Of a DNA stretch of 64,000 nt, positions 29,200 through 38,901 are shown one piece after another. Positions within the stretch are counted from its first letter, which is position 1; every line of letters begins with the position of its first letter. The notes below the pieces were generated by a model. It was given only the letters and a program-made list of their open reading frames with translations, ran no database searches and had not been told where the DNA came from. The DNA comes from an uncultured bacterium (lineage in GTDB: Bacteria; Verrucomicrobiota; Verrucomicrobiia; Verrucomicrobiales; DEV007): NCBI GenBank assembly GCA_963977015.1, contig CAXBMO010000001.1, positions 256,001 to 320,000 on the forward strand, written 5' to 3'. The position numbers and the translations under genes were made by a program.

Positions 29200-29868
29200 A
29201 TGGAAATCGAACCGGTCGGATTCATCGAGAGCCCGTTTCAGGAAAAGTTTGGGGCTCCGAGACAACCCGGCTTGGTGAATGCCGCGGAAGGCCGCATTCT
29301 GTTCGTTGATCCGTGGAATCGGGAAGAGGCCATTCGTGGGCTGGAGGCCTTTTCGCAGATTTGGGTGATTTACGGGTTTCACCAGATTTCTGAGCCGGGA
29401 AGTCGAAAAACGACGGCGCGTCCGCCCCGGTTGGGAGGGAATGAACGCGTGGGAATCTTTGCGAGCCGATCGCCATTTCGGCCGAATCGACTGGGCTTGT
29501 CGTTGGTCGAACTCTTGGCGGTGGAGCCCGGATTGCTGCGAATTGGGGGCCTGGACATGGTCGATGGAAGCCCGGTTTACGATGTGAAGCCGTATTTGCC
29601 GTGGGCGGAGTCGATTCCCGAGGCAAAAGCTGGCTTTGCGGCGGAACGGCCGGGTTCCAACTGGGAGGTCGAATTTGAGACCGGGGTACCCAATCAAAAC
29701 CTGCGGGAACTCATTGCGGCAACGCTGGCGCTGGATCCGCGGCCGGCGTTTCACAAACCGGATTCTCATCGGGTCTACGGGGCGAAGTTGAGCGGATACA
29801 ACGTCCGATGGCGCGTCGATGAGATTATGGGCGTCGTCAAAGTGATCGAAATTCTAGAGGAGAAGTAA
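29200..29868 (+). CDS. trmO: tRNA m6t6A37 methyltransferase TrmO
   Basis: KFGAPRQPG, RPPRLGGNE.VGIFASRSPFRPN, DGSPVYDVKPY, DPRPAF. Confidence 0.93.
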   Translation: MEIEPVGFIESPFQEKFGAPRQPGLVNAAEGRILFVDPWNREEAIRGLEAFSQIWVIYGFHQISEPGSRKTTARPPRLGGNERVGIFASRSPFRPNRLGLSLVELLAVEPGLLRIGGLDMVDGSPVYDVKPYLPWAESIPEAKAGFAAERPGSNWEVEFETGVPNQNLRELIAATLALDPRPAFHKPDSHRVYGAKLSGYNVRWRVDEIMGVVKVIEILEEK

Positions 29869-29962
29869 AAAGTTCTGGGAATTACAGGCCTTTTGACAAA
29901 CATTCGTCACTGAGGCTTGCCAATCCGAATTGCCCAGCGCAAGCTCAAGTCTAATTTTTACT

Positions 29963-31147
29963 ATGGCCGTTTACCGCACAAGTCCCGATCCGCCCGAGGA
30001 CGATGATAGGCAGCTTCCGATTCCCGCCGACCAGGTTCAAAATCCGCAGGCCGGAAACCCTCAATGGAAGGCTCCAAGCGGCTTCAAGATGCCATCAATG
30101 GATTCCGTGAAGGATTTTTTTTCCGGTGGCATCAATAACCTGATGGATGACATCGTGGTGGCATTGGGGAGCGAGAACATTTATGTCGCCAGCCGCGAAC
30201 ATCCCGAGCCGGCAGCTTTTGCCTCTTACATCGCAGTTTCGAAAGCCAACGGTCAGGTCATTGCGCTTGGCGAAAAAGCGCGCGCGATGATGGGGCGTGA
30301 ACCGCAGAATATTGAGGTGATTCCACTGTTGCATCATGGCGTGCCCGAGAATCCGGATTTGTTCGGCAGTTTCGTGCAACGGGTGATCAAGAAGCATTTT
30401 TCGCGAATGGTGCGCCCTCGCATTCTGTGCAGCGGCAATTTCAACAGTCCGCTTCTGAAGCAGGTTTGCAGCGAGGGCCTTTCCCAGGTTCGGTGTCGCG
30501 ACATTTTGTTCTGCGAGCCGGAGATCGCGGCCGCGGTTGGTTTGGGATTGGACATTCTGGAACCAAGCCTCAAATCCGTCCTGGTTTTTGAGAAGGATTG
30601 GATGGGCTTCATGGTCATCAGCCTGACGGGCTCGCTCACGAAAGTGCGGCTGAATATCGGCTTCGACCACATGCTCGAAGACATTCAGATCTACTTTGAG
30701 GAGTCAAACGATTTCTCGCCACGAGAAGAGGATCTCGTGCAGCAGTTTCGCACCTCCGGGTTCACCGGGAATCAGAACTTGATTGGTTGGGAAGCCTGGG
30801 TTGATCAGGTGGAACGTGGAAAACCGGTGACCCTTCAAGCCGACAGCATGGAATATCAGAAAGCGGTCACGCCGACGTTGTTGCGGGTGAAACACGCCGT
30901 GAACAAATCACTCCAGGCGCTGACTCGTGAGCAGCGTTACACGGTGCAGACGACTCCGACATATCTGGCGGGTGAATTTGCCGAATTGCCCGGGTTCAAG
31001 GAACTGCTGGAGCGCGTCTTCGGCCGTGAATTCCGGATCGGGAAAAATCCGCGCCAGACGATGGCGTCGGGGTTGGTCGCGCTCATCCCGAATATTGATG
31101 TGCTGAGAGCGATCAATGGCGGCGAAGCTCAGGAAGTGGATTTTTAA
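29963..31147 (+). CDS. Divergent MreB/Mbl-like actin-fold protein
   Basis: Colinear with MreB: ALGSEN, GEKARAMMGREPQNI, RPRIL, EPEIAAAVGLGLDI.EP, VISL.G, YLAGE.AEL.G, NP...MA.G; phosphate motifs degenerate. Confidence 0.8.
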   Translation: MAVYRTSPDPPEDDDRQLPIPADQVQNPQAGNPQWKAPSGFKMPSMDSVKDFFSGGINNLMDDIVVALGSENIYVASREHPEPAAFASYIAVSKANGQVIALGEKARAMMGREPQNIEVIPLLHHGVPENPDLFGSFVQRVIKKHFSRMVRPRILCSGNFNSPLLKQVCSEGLSQVRCRDILFCEPEIAAAVGLGLDILEPSLKSVLVFEKDWMGFMVISLTGSLTKVRLNIGFDHMLEDIQIYFEESNDFSPREEDLVQQFRTSGFTGNQNLIGWEAWVDQVERGKPVTLQADSMEYQKAVTPTLLRVKHAVNKSLQALTREQRYTVQTTPTYLAGEFAELPGFKELLERVFGREFRIGKNPRQTMASGLVALIPNIDVLRAINGGEAQEVDF

Positions 31148-31156
31148 GGGCGCTCT

Positions 31157-32764
31157 ATGTTTTTTGGTCGAAACTCGTCTGCAAAAAAGAACGAACAACC
31201 CAGTTCGGCGACGCGCCTGCTGCAGCATCTTCTCAGTGAGCTAAGAAACGATTCGGGTGCGACGAAGCTGCGCAAAACGATCGAGCAAACGCTGAAGAGC
31301 GCCGGGATTGTGCAGGAGGAGGCTCTGGCCAACCTCTACCTTCAAGTGGAAAACCGGATCGCCGAGTTGGCTGCGAATCCGCTTTTGCGCCGACAGGAGA
31401 TTCGCGATCAGATTCGAACGACGTTTCCGGAGCTGGAGTCGAATTCCGAGCTGATGTTCGTTCTTGGGCCGTCCAGTGCCGACGCTGAAGAGACGGCGCA
31501 AAATTTGGAGAACACCTCGGCCGTTTCGTTGCCGGCAACGGCCATGGAGTTGACTCAGCGGATTGATGTCAGCGCGATTTCCTCGCTCGCAAAAGTCATC
31601 CTCAATTCGGTGAATGAGGGGATTCTCGCGCTTCGAAATGACGGCTCCATCCAGTTTGCGAATCCTGCCGTTGAGCGGATTTGGGGCTATCCCGTGGAGG
31701 AACTGTTGGGTCAACCGTTCGTAGATCTGTTGCCCGAAAGTTTTCGGGAAACCTATCGAACGGATTTCACCCGCTTCATCGGAGTTCCCCTTGAAGTCGA
31801 AGGGTTGCGGAGCAACGGCCAGAGTTTTCCCATCAGCATCAATATTGCGAGTGCCGAATTCCAGGAGAGTGCGGTTTTCACGGTGACAGCTCAGGACATC
31901 ACGATGCGCAAATACATCGAGGATGAGTTGGTGGAGACGAAGGATCAGTTGGAAAATCGAGTCGCGGAGCGAACCCGGGATCTTCTCGAAACTCAGCAGG
32001 ATCTCGAAAATCGCGCCCGTGAATTGGAGCGCACCAACACGGAACTCCAGCAATTTGCCTATGTCGCTTCGCATGATTTGCAGGAGCCGCTGCGTTCGAT
32101 CACCAGTTTCATTCAGATTCTCAATCGCCGATACGGCGAGGAATTCGGGACCGAGGCACAGGAATACATGGGATTTGTCGTCGACGGTGCCAAGCGGATG
32201 CAGACGCTGATCAATGAGTTGCTCGACTACTCCCGCGCCGGGAAAGGCGATCGTGAATTTCGTTCGGTGGACCTGAATCAAATCGTGGAAAAGGTCCGCG
32301 CGAATTTGCATGCCACGGTTGAAGAGACTGGCGCCGTGATTGAATCACAAGAGTTGCCCACGTTGGGAGCGGATGACCGTCAGATGATTCAACTCTTTCA
32401 GAATCTGATCGATAACGGCATCAAGTTTCGGGGAACCGAGCCACCCAAAGTCACGATCGAATGTCAGGACCGGGTCACCCACTGGGAATTCACGATCACC
32501 GACAACGGCATTGGGATCGAAGGAAAATACAAGGACCGGATTTTCGTCATCTTTCAGCGCCTTCACATTCGCGACAACTATGACGGGAATGGAATTGGTC
32601 TCGCGATCTGCAAAAAAATCGTCGAGCGCCATGGCGGATTCATCTCTCTGGATACTGAATACACGGGAGGAAGTCGCTTCGTCCTGGGGATTGCCAAAAA
32701 CCTCGTCGCGGAACAACTCGTATCAGGAACCACCAACGCGTTGGGTGGAACCGCCGTCGTTTAG
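31157..32764 (+). CDS. Soluble PAS-domain sensor histidine kinase (Cph1-like kinase core)
   Basis: PAS (ANPAVERIWGY..DITMRK), FAYVASHDLQEPLR H-box, QLFQNLIDNGIKF, DNGIGI, IFQRLH, GIGLAICKKIVERHGG; no TM segment seen. Confidence 0.93.
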   Translation: MFFGRNSSAKKNEQPSSATRLLQHLLSELRNDSGATKLRKTIEQTLKSAGIVQEEALANLYLQVENRIAELAANPLLRRQEIRDQIRTTFPELESNSELMFVLGPSSADAEETAQNLENTSAVSLPATAMELTQRIDVSAISSLAKVILNSVNEGILALRNDGSIQFANPAVERIWGYPVEELLGQPFVDLLPESFRETYRTDFTRFIGVPLEVEGLRSNGQSFPISINIASAEFQESAVFTVTAQDITMRKYIEDELVETKDQLENRVAERTRDLLETQQDLENRARELERTNTELQQFAYVASHDLQEPLRSITSFIQILNRRYGEEFGTEAQEYMGFVVDGAKRMQTLINELLDYSRAGKGDREFRSVDLNQIVEKVRANLHATVEETGAVIESQELPTLGADDRQMIQLFQNLIDNGIKFRGTEPPKVTIECQDRVTHWEFTITDNGIGIEGKYKDRIFVIFQRLHIRDNYDGNGIGLAICKKIVERHGGFISLDTEYTGGSRFVLGIAKNLVAEQLVSGTTNALGGTAVV

Positions 32765-34708
32765 AAGATCGGCGTGACGTCGGGCGACTCGGAATTTTAC
32801 GGCAACGGATTCCGCTTCGTTGAGGATCATCGTTCCCGCTGGATCCTCGCTCTCGGCGCAAGCTTTTGCGAACTCCAGGCGAACGCACTGATCTGGCGCG
32901 ATCCGTTTTCGCAACTCAACCGCAAGCCGCCCCATGGTGTATCGCGGATTGATTTCCACGATCGGTTTGAGCGCGAGGGCCTCCTTCCGATCTCGATAAA
33001 CCAGGGCATCAACGCCGATGGGGCCCAGGTAGCCGATGGCTTCCAGCTTTGATTCCAGAAAATCGCGCAGTTCGCGACCATAAAGCGGAAAGGCGAATTG
33101 ACCGAGGAAACGCGCCAATTCTGGCGGCAAAGCCTGGCACGGCTTTGGTCCGCATTGCGCGGCGAGAAACTGGCCCCGCAGATTGTTCTCCAAACGCACG
33201 AAATCGAGCTTCTTCAGCCCCTCGCGCGTCATCTCATACTGCACCGAAAAATCGAAAACGCGCTTGAGGCGGGGCTCAACGATCACACAGCCTTGATGTT
33301 CGATGATCTTCTCGGCCCAACGTCGTGTCGGTTCGCCTTGCCAAACGTGATTGCGCTGGCCCGATGCTCCGAACGGAGCCTTGAGCAACAGCTCGCCGGT
33401 TTTGGGGGCTTCGATCGAATCGGCATCGTCAACGATCTCGCCAATTTGCGCCGGATCGACAAAGGGAAGGGGATGCTGGCGCGCAAAATCCATCGACCAA
33501 GCCACATCGTTTGCCTTCGAATACAGGGTTCGCGTTTTCTCGTTCCAGCATTCCGCGATTCGGCGGGCGTTTTTCGGCAAATTGGGCTCCAGCTCGGCAA
33601 GCAATTCCGCACTTTGCGGGCACCAAGCCCACGGTCGCAACTCAGCAAGTTTCCGTTCCGTCAGCGTCCCGATCGCGTCCCGTTCCACAAATTCCGGTAG
33701 GGTGAATCCGTAACCTTGCAGCCGTTCGCGATGCTCCAGACTCGGCACGCGATTCATGAGGACCACGTCTTCGTGACTCGCGACGAAAGCCGCCAGGATT
33801 TCCAAATCCGCCGCCAGGTTCTCGACCGTCTTTCTCGGATGATACTCCAGCCTGGTCATTGCGTTCTCCGGATCCGGGCAAAACCAGAAAATGCGTGGCG
33901 TCCGCCCTTTCGAGCGCTGAAACAACTGCAATCGCCTCACGAAATCGGCATCGAGGCCCACTTCGAAGCGGCCATCGGTGTTGAATTCGACAGGGCTGTT
34001 TGCCTTGGCGCGACTCGGGCTGAGGGGGAAGTCGAGTTGACGTTCGAAGGCTTCCCAATCTGATTCGTCCTCCTGTTTCCAGTGCCGAAACCACTTCAGC
34101 CCGTAACTCACGTGGCTGATCTCATCGCGGTAAATCTTCTCGAGGATTCGGGCGCTCTTGAGGTCGCCGGAATCGCGGAACACCTTGGCGTAATTGCGCG
34201 AGTAATCCAGATTCGCCTGCTCAAAGGTCAGGCTCAACCGCGACACGTAATCCATCGGCGTCTCCATCGGCGCGACGGCGTTCCAGAAGAAGCCGTTCAC
34301 CGGGTAGTCGCCAAACTCGACTCCGCATTCGGCCATCCGCCGAAGGTACCACGTCGTATGATGCTGTTCTTCCCGCAACGTCTCGTAGACGCCCTCGCGA
34401 AATTCCCTGGGTGCATCTGGAAATTTCAGCAGCACCAGCGCCATCAGTTCCGTTGCCAACAGTTCATGATTGGCGAAAAAGTGGAGCAGAATTCCTCGCT
34501 GGGCTTCGTCTTCCAACGTGTGAAGCCCCGGTAACGGGGGAGGGGAGTCTTTGCGATCAAATCGCAGCGCCTCAGGTCGCTCCGGATGTTCGGGAAGCTT
34601 GATTGCCGGACCGGGCGCCTCGTCGGAAATTGCCGTGCCCGGTCGTGCCAACTTCGCTTCGAGCGAGTCAGCAAACAGGATCGATTCGGCGAATTCGCGC
34701 AATTCCAT
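32723..34708 (-). CDS. DUF455 ferritin-like (di-iron) domain fused to ATP-grasp domain
   Basis: FANHELLA, EEQHH, FEQANLD, DEISHV..G..W in N-terminal half; LLKAPFGASG, IVEP, GPIGVD, EINPRYTMG in C-terminal half. Confidence 0.85.
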   Translation of the reverse strand: MELREFAESILFADSLEAKLARPGTAISDEAPGPAIKLPEHPERPEALRFDRKDSPPPLPGLHTLEDEAQRGILLHFFANHELLATELMALVLLKFPDAPREFREGVYETLREEQHHTTWYLRRMAECGVEFGDYPVNGFFWNAVAPMETPMDYVSRLSLTFEQANLDYSRNYAKVFRDSGDLKSARILEKIYRDEISHVSYGLKWFRHWKQEDESDWEAFERQLDFPLSPSRAKANSPVEFNTDGRFEVGLDADFVRRLQLFQRSKGRTPRIFWFCPDPENAMTRLEYHPRKTVENLAADLEILAAFVASHEDVVLMNRVPSLEHRERLQGYGFTLPEFVERDAIGTLTERKLAELRPWAWCPQSAELLAELEPNLPKNARRIAECWNEKTRTLYSKANDVAWSMDFARQHPLPFVDPAQIGEIVDDADSIEAPKTGELLLKAPFGASGQRNHVWQGEPTRRWAEKIIEHQGCVIVEPRLKRVFDFSVQYEMTREGLKKLDFVRLENNLRGQFLAAQCGPKPCQALPPELARFLGQFAFPLYGRELRDFLESKLEAIGYLGPIGVDALVYRDRKEALALKPIVEINPRYTMGRLAVELRKRIAPDQCVRLEFAKACAESEDPAGTMILNEAESVAVKFRVARRHADLLNDGGSTQRVGGS

Positions 34709-34835
34709 TCTTGGAACAAACTGCGAAACGCTGAAATCGAAACCTGAAGAACCGAATAATTCGCCCGTGGTCAGTTTGCCTCGAATCTCCTTGTCAAAGC
34801 GAGAATCAAAGTCAGCCTAGATCGGTTCCCTCACC

Positions 34836-36068
34836 ATGTCAGAAGCTGCGTCCTCAGACCGTCCCGATTTCAAAGGACTTTTCATTATGCTCATTGCGAT
34901 TGCCGTTGGCGTCGCTGCTCAATTTGCGGGATTCTCGCTGGTTGCGATGTTTTGTGCCGCGGCGGTTATCTCCATCGTGCTCTGGCAGGTTTGCGACCCA
35001 TTTGCGGAAGCAGCGCAGTGGATTGGCAAGCGCTATCACATTCCGGGTTCGGTGCGAGGAGCGACGCTCGATGCCGTGGCGAGTTCGATGCCGGAACTGT
35101 TCGCCGGGATCTTCTTTGTGGTGGTTGCCCTTCAAGGCGTGGATCCGGAGGCGATGAAGTCCGGCCATCATGGTGCCGGTGCGGAAGGGTATGGATCGGC
35201 GATCGCGACGACGGCGGGCAGCGCGATTTACAACATGATTCTGATTCCGGCCTGCGTGGCGCTGGTGGTTGCCGTAAAACGTCCCAAGAATCCCATCGTT
35301 ACGGTGGAAAAGGAGGTGCTCCATCGGGACGGTATCTGGTTCATGGTCTGTGAGTTGGTGCTGTTGGTGTTTCTGTGGCAGCCGGTCATGTATTGGTGGA
35401 TGGGCGTCGTGTTCCTGGGGCTGTACGTGATCTACCTGGTTTGGCTCTGGCGTGATGCCGGGCGATTTAGGGCGGAAAAGAAGGAATCCAGCGAGGTTGA
35501 GGATTGGTCGGATTTACCGGAGAAGGCGAGCATCCTCTTTAACTTCGGGCACGTGCCGCTGAACCGAATTACGGTGTGGCTTGTGATTGGAACTTCGACG
35601 GTTCTGGCGGCAGCTGCGTGCTATTTTCTGGTCGAGGTGACTGTGGAGACGGCTGTGCTCCTGAAGATCCCGACCTTTTTTGTTGCCGTGATTCTCGCGG
35701 CCGCGGTTTCCAGCGTTCCTGACACGTTTCTGTCCATTGGAGCGGCGTCTCGCGGCGATGATTCGGGAGCGGTGTCGAACGCCTTTGGCTCCAACATTTT
35801 CGACATCTGCATCTGCATGTCGATCCCCCTGTTCGTCTATTCGTGGATCGATGGATGGAAGCCGGTTTCGATGCTTGGCGCCGACGGGGAGCCAATCCCG
35901 GGGATTCTCGGGCTACGGATTTTGCTCTGGGTGCTGACCTTCCTGACCCTCGTCATTATGTGGCACAAACGTTCCCTCAGCCGAGGCAAGGCGATCGTGT
36001 TGATCGGCCTCTATCTCCTGTTTGTGGCGTATGCCGTGCTGGGTTCGCTTGGGGTGATCAACGTTTAG
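34836..36068 (+). CDS. Cation/Ca2+ exchanger (CaCA, YrbG-like) antiporter
   Basis: Alpha-1 repeat AVASSMPEL...GSAIYN; alpha-2 repeat AAVSSVPD...NAFGSNIFD; about 10 TM helices. Confidence 0.9.
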   Translation: MSEAASSDRPDFKGLFIMLIAIAVGVAAQFAGFSLVAMFCAAAVISIVLWQVCDPFAEAAQWIGKRYHIPGSVRGATLDAVASSMPELFAGIFFVVVALQGVDPEAMKSGHHGAGAEGYGSAIATTAGSAIYNMILIPACVALVVAVKRPKNPIVTVEKEVLHRDGIWFMVCELVLLVFLWQPVMYWWMGVVFLGLYVIYLVWLWRDAGRFRAEKKESSEVEDWSDLPEKASILFNFGHVPLNRITVWLVIGTSTVLAAAACYFLVEVTVETAVLLKIPTFFVAVILAAAVSSVPDTFLSIGAASRGDDSGAVSNAFGSNIFDICICMSIPLFVYSWIDGWKPVSMLGADGEPIPGILGLRILLWVLTFLTLVIMWHKRSLSRGKAIVLIGLYLLFVAYAVLGSLGVINV

Positions 36069-36177
36069 GCTCCCTTCACTTTTTGATAAACAGAAGCTTG
36101 ACGATCGGTCGCGTTTCATCGTTGAATTGGCCTCCCTCCCAAGACCAAGAACCCAAGATCCCCTCTTTGGATTCCTG

Positions 36178-36810
36178 ATGAACCTTCAACACATTCTCCT
36201 CTCCGGAGTTCTGGCGCTGCTGTTGTGTAGCTGCTCGACCCGTTCCGATCTCACCGCGTTTCCAATCAAGGAACCGCAGGAAGGGATGGAAAAACATTGC
36301 TACGTCATCAAGACGACGGCTTACACCCACGAGGAAGCTGACAGCAAACCTTACGGAACCAAGACGGCGTTGGGAACCACGTTGAAGCACGAGGGGGAAG
36401 TCCGTAGTGCCGCGGCAGATTGGAGCCGATATCCGGTTGGAACCAAATTCAAGATTGTGGGACAATCGCAGATTTACGAGGTGGACGATTATGGGAGCGC
36501 CTTGGTGGGGACGGACACGATCGATATCTACCAACCGACAATGGCGGATATGCGTCGATGGGGCGCCCCGTTCGTGGGAATCGAGGTTCTGGAGTGGGGA
36601 TCCTTCCTCAAGAGCGCCGAAATTCTGGAAGGCCGGATCAACAAGGCGGAACACTGCCGGGAGATGTTTGAGCAAATCCAGGAGAAAGTGGAACTGTTGC
36701 CAGTCGAAATGCACGACGGTTTCCCTGCTTCGGAAGAGCAGAAAGATCTGGAGGAGCGCCAGCGGATTTCCCAGAGCCGGGTTCCGATCCTTGAATCCGA
36801 CAAGGTATGA
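36178..36810 (+). CDS. 3D-domain (Asp-Asp-Asp) lipoprotein, lytic transglycosylase-like
   Basis: Lipobox LCSC; TTAYT, AAADWS.YPVGT, VDDYGSAL, IDIY, RWG. Confidence 0.85.
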   Translation: MNLQHILLSGVLALLLCSCSTRSDLTAFPIKEPQEGMEKHCYVIKTTAYTHEEADSKPYGTKTALGTTLKHEGEVRSAAADWSRYPVGTKFKIVGQSQIYEVDDYGSALVGTDTIDIYQPTMADMRRWGAPFVGIEVLEWGSFLKSAEILEGRINKAEHCREMFEQIQEKVELLPVEMHDGFPASEEQKDLEERQRISQSRVPILESDKV

Positions 36811-36848
36811 TTTCTTGACGATCGCCCAATCTGCATGGGAGGTGGGGC

Positions 36849-37499
36849 GTGACCAAAACGGAACGCGCCGCTTATATCGGAACTCGCTTGGAGGAGCTTT
36901 ATCCTGAGACTCCGATCCCCTTGGATCATCGCGATCCCTACACTCTGCTCATCGCCGTTTTGCTTTCAGCACAGTGCACGGATGAGCGGGTCAACAAGAT
37001 CACTCCGTTGCTTTGGGTGGCTGCCGATTCGCCGACTGCGATGCAAAAACTGAGTGTTGAGCAGATCGAAGACATCGTTCGCCCATGCGGACTGGCTCCG
37101 CGCAAGGCCAAGGCCATTTTTGATCTTTCCGGCCTTCTCCTCGATTTGCACGGCGGCGAAGTTCCCGCGGATATGGATGCTCTGGAAGCGCTTCCCGGGG
37201 TTGGGCACAAAACGGCGTCGGTCGTCATGGCCCAGGCGTTCGGGGTTCCGGCGTTTCCGGTGGATACCCACATCCATCGACTTGCTCAGCGCTGGAAATT
37301 GACCAACGGCAGGAACGTGGAGCAGACGGAACGTGATTTGAAGCGCTTGTTCCCGCGAGAACGATGGAACAAACTTCACCTGCAGATCATTTTCTATGGC
37401 CGTGAGCATTGCTCGGCCCGGGGATGCGATGGAACCGTCTGCGAGATTTGCCGCCACTGTTTTCCCGAGCGAAAGCGCCCAGTCAAGACGCTGAAATAG
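36849..37499 (+). CDS. nth: Endonuclease III
   Basis: LLSAQCTD, LPGVGHKTA (HhH), FPVDTH, C-terminal Cys cluster. Confidence 0.95.
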   Translation: MTKTERAAYIGTRLEELYPETPIPLDHRDPYTLLIAVLLSAQCTDERVNKITPLLWVAADSPTAMQKLSVEQIEDIVRPCGLAPRKAKAIFDLSGLLLDLHGGEVPADMDALEALPGVGHKTASVVMAQAFGVPAFPVDTHIHRLAQRWKLTNGRNVEQTERDLKRLFPRERWNKLHLQIIFYGREHCSARGCDGTVCEICRHCFPERKRPVKTLK

Positions 37500-37642
37500 G
37501 CAGACAATTGGAAGGCTTTTCCTAACACTGGCCCGACTTTGTGAAAAATTTCACAAAATCCCGTTGCTTGTTTTTGGCGGCGGGGTATCAAGTCTCCAAA
37601 CCTGTTCAAACCCACGTTCCGACCACGAATCTTTCCTGTTAG

Positions 37643-38488
37643 ATGCCCACTTTAGCATCCATGGACCTTGCGCCCCTAGTTGCCCTGTCAGTTGAAGCTG
37701 AGAAACTCCCGTTTGGAGAGTGGCTCACCAACTCTATTTTTGTGGCGGCGCTCGTCACTGGGATTGTTTGGTTCTTCGCCAGCAAGGCGACGAAGAACAT
37801 GCAGATGGTGCCCCATGCTGCTCAAAACGCCTTTGAGTTGGTGGTAGAGTTTCTGTATGGCCAGGTTGAGGGGATCGTCGGACACAAGGTTGCCCCGAGG
37901 GCCTTTCCGTTGCTTGCAACGCTCTTTATCTTCATCCTGATTGCCAACTGGTTCGGTCTGATGCCCGGGGTTGGCACAATCGGGTGGGGGCATGGCACAG
38001 CTCCGCTCACCTTGGAGCATGTTGATACACCGCTTCTTCGTCCCGCGACCGCCGATCTGAATATGACCTTGGGCATGGCTGCCTGTTTCATGTTGGTTTG
38101 GGCCTATTTGACCGTCCGTGAGATCGGCGTGATGGGCTTCATTAAGCACACGTTCGCTCCAAAGGGGGGGCTTAAGGGTGCCATGTATTATGGGTTGCTG
38201 CCCATCTTCATTTTCGTCGGGCTGATCGAAATCATTTCAATCGCGTTTCGTCCGGTTTCTCTTTCGCTCCGACTTTTCGGTAACCTCTATGCCGGTGAGA
38301 CGCTGCTTCATACCATGAGCGGTCTTGGTGACAAGTTGCCACCGTTCGCGGCTTTCCTTTGCAGTGTCGCGTTTCCGCTTCCGTTCTACTTTCTTGAGCT
38401 TCTTGTCGGTTTGTTGCAGGCGATGGTCTTTACCTTGCTTTGCGCTGTCTATATCCAGCTTTCAACCAGTCACGACGAGGATCATTAA
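37643..38488 (+). CDS. atpB: F0F1 ATP synthase subunit a
   Basis: NWFGLMP, TADLN, RPVSLSLRLFGN..AGE, LQAMVF. Confidence 0.97.
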   Translation: MPTLASMDLAPLVALSVEAEKLPFGEWLTNSIFVAALVTGIVWFFASKATKNMQMVPHAAQNAFELVVEFLYGQVEGIVGHKVAPRAFPLLATLFIFILIANWFGLMPGVGTIGWGHGTAPLTLEHVDTPLLRPATADLNMTLGMAACFMLVWAYLTVREIGVMGFIKHTFAPKGGLKGAMYYGLLPIFIFVGLIEIISIAFRPVSLSLRLFGNLYAGETLLHTMSGLGDKLPPFAAFLCSVAFPLPFYFLELLVGLLQAMVFTLLCAVYIQLSTSHDEDH

Positions 38489-38574
38489 CGATTAAAGATT
38501 TCCCGTCGTGACCATGCAAAGACAGTGGGCGGCGGTAAAAAGACAACACAACCTACACAAAAGGAAATAAGACA

Positions 38575-38829
38575 ATGTTCATGGACGTATTACCTATGGT
38601 AGCTGCAGAAGCAGCGGCAGCCGGTGGCGGAATCAGTGGTAGCTTCACTCTCGGTATTGCCGGTGGTGCAGCAGCTATTGGAGTTGGAATGGTGGGAGCA
38701 AAGGCGGCGGAAGCGGTCGGACGCAACCCCACTGCTTTCGGTAGTATCCTGACCATCGGGATTATCGGAATGGCACTTGCTGAGGCTATCGCGATTTACG
38801 CGCTGATTCTTGCATTCCAAGGCCGCTAA
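38575..38829 (+). CDS. atpE: F0F1 ATP synthase subunit c
   Basis: Gly/Ala-rich helix, GRNP loop, ALAEAIAIY with conserved Glu. Confidence 0.97.
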   Translation: MFMDVLPMVAAEAAAAGGGISGSFTLGIAGGAAAIGVGMVGAKAAEAVGRNPTAFGSILTIGIIGMALAEAIAIYALILAFQGR

Positions 38830-38840
38830 AAAATGATTCT

Positions 38841-38885
38841 TGCGGCGGGGAGTTCATCTCCCCGTCGCACCTTTCTTACTTTTTG
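38841..38885 (+). terminator. Intra-operon stem-loop after atpE (partial terminator or mRNA stabiliser)
   Basis: TGCGGCGGGGAG-TTCAT-CTCCCCGTCGCA 12-bp stem (one G-U), followed by a T-rich tract. Confidence 0.65.
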
Positions 38886-38901
38886 ACTCTATCCTTCGAA
38901 A

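Noticed and set aside
32723-32764. 42-nt tail-to-tail overlap of kinase and DUF455 genes
   Set aside because: Short convergent overlaps recur here (also 52096-52104, 61794-61797) and need no special explanation.
38575-38829. Na+-translocating ATP synthase
   Set aside because: c subunit lacks the Q...ES/T sodium-binding signature.
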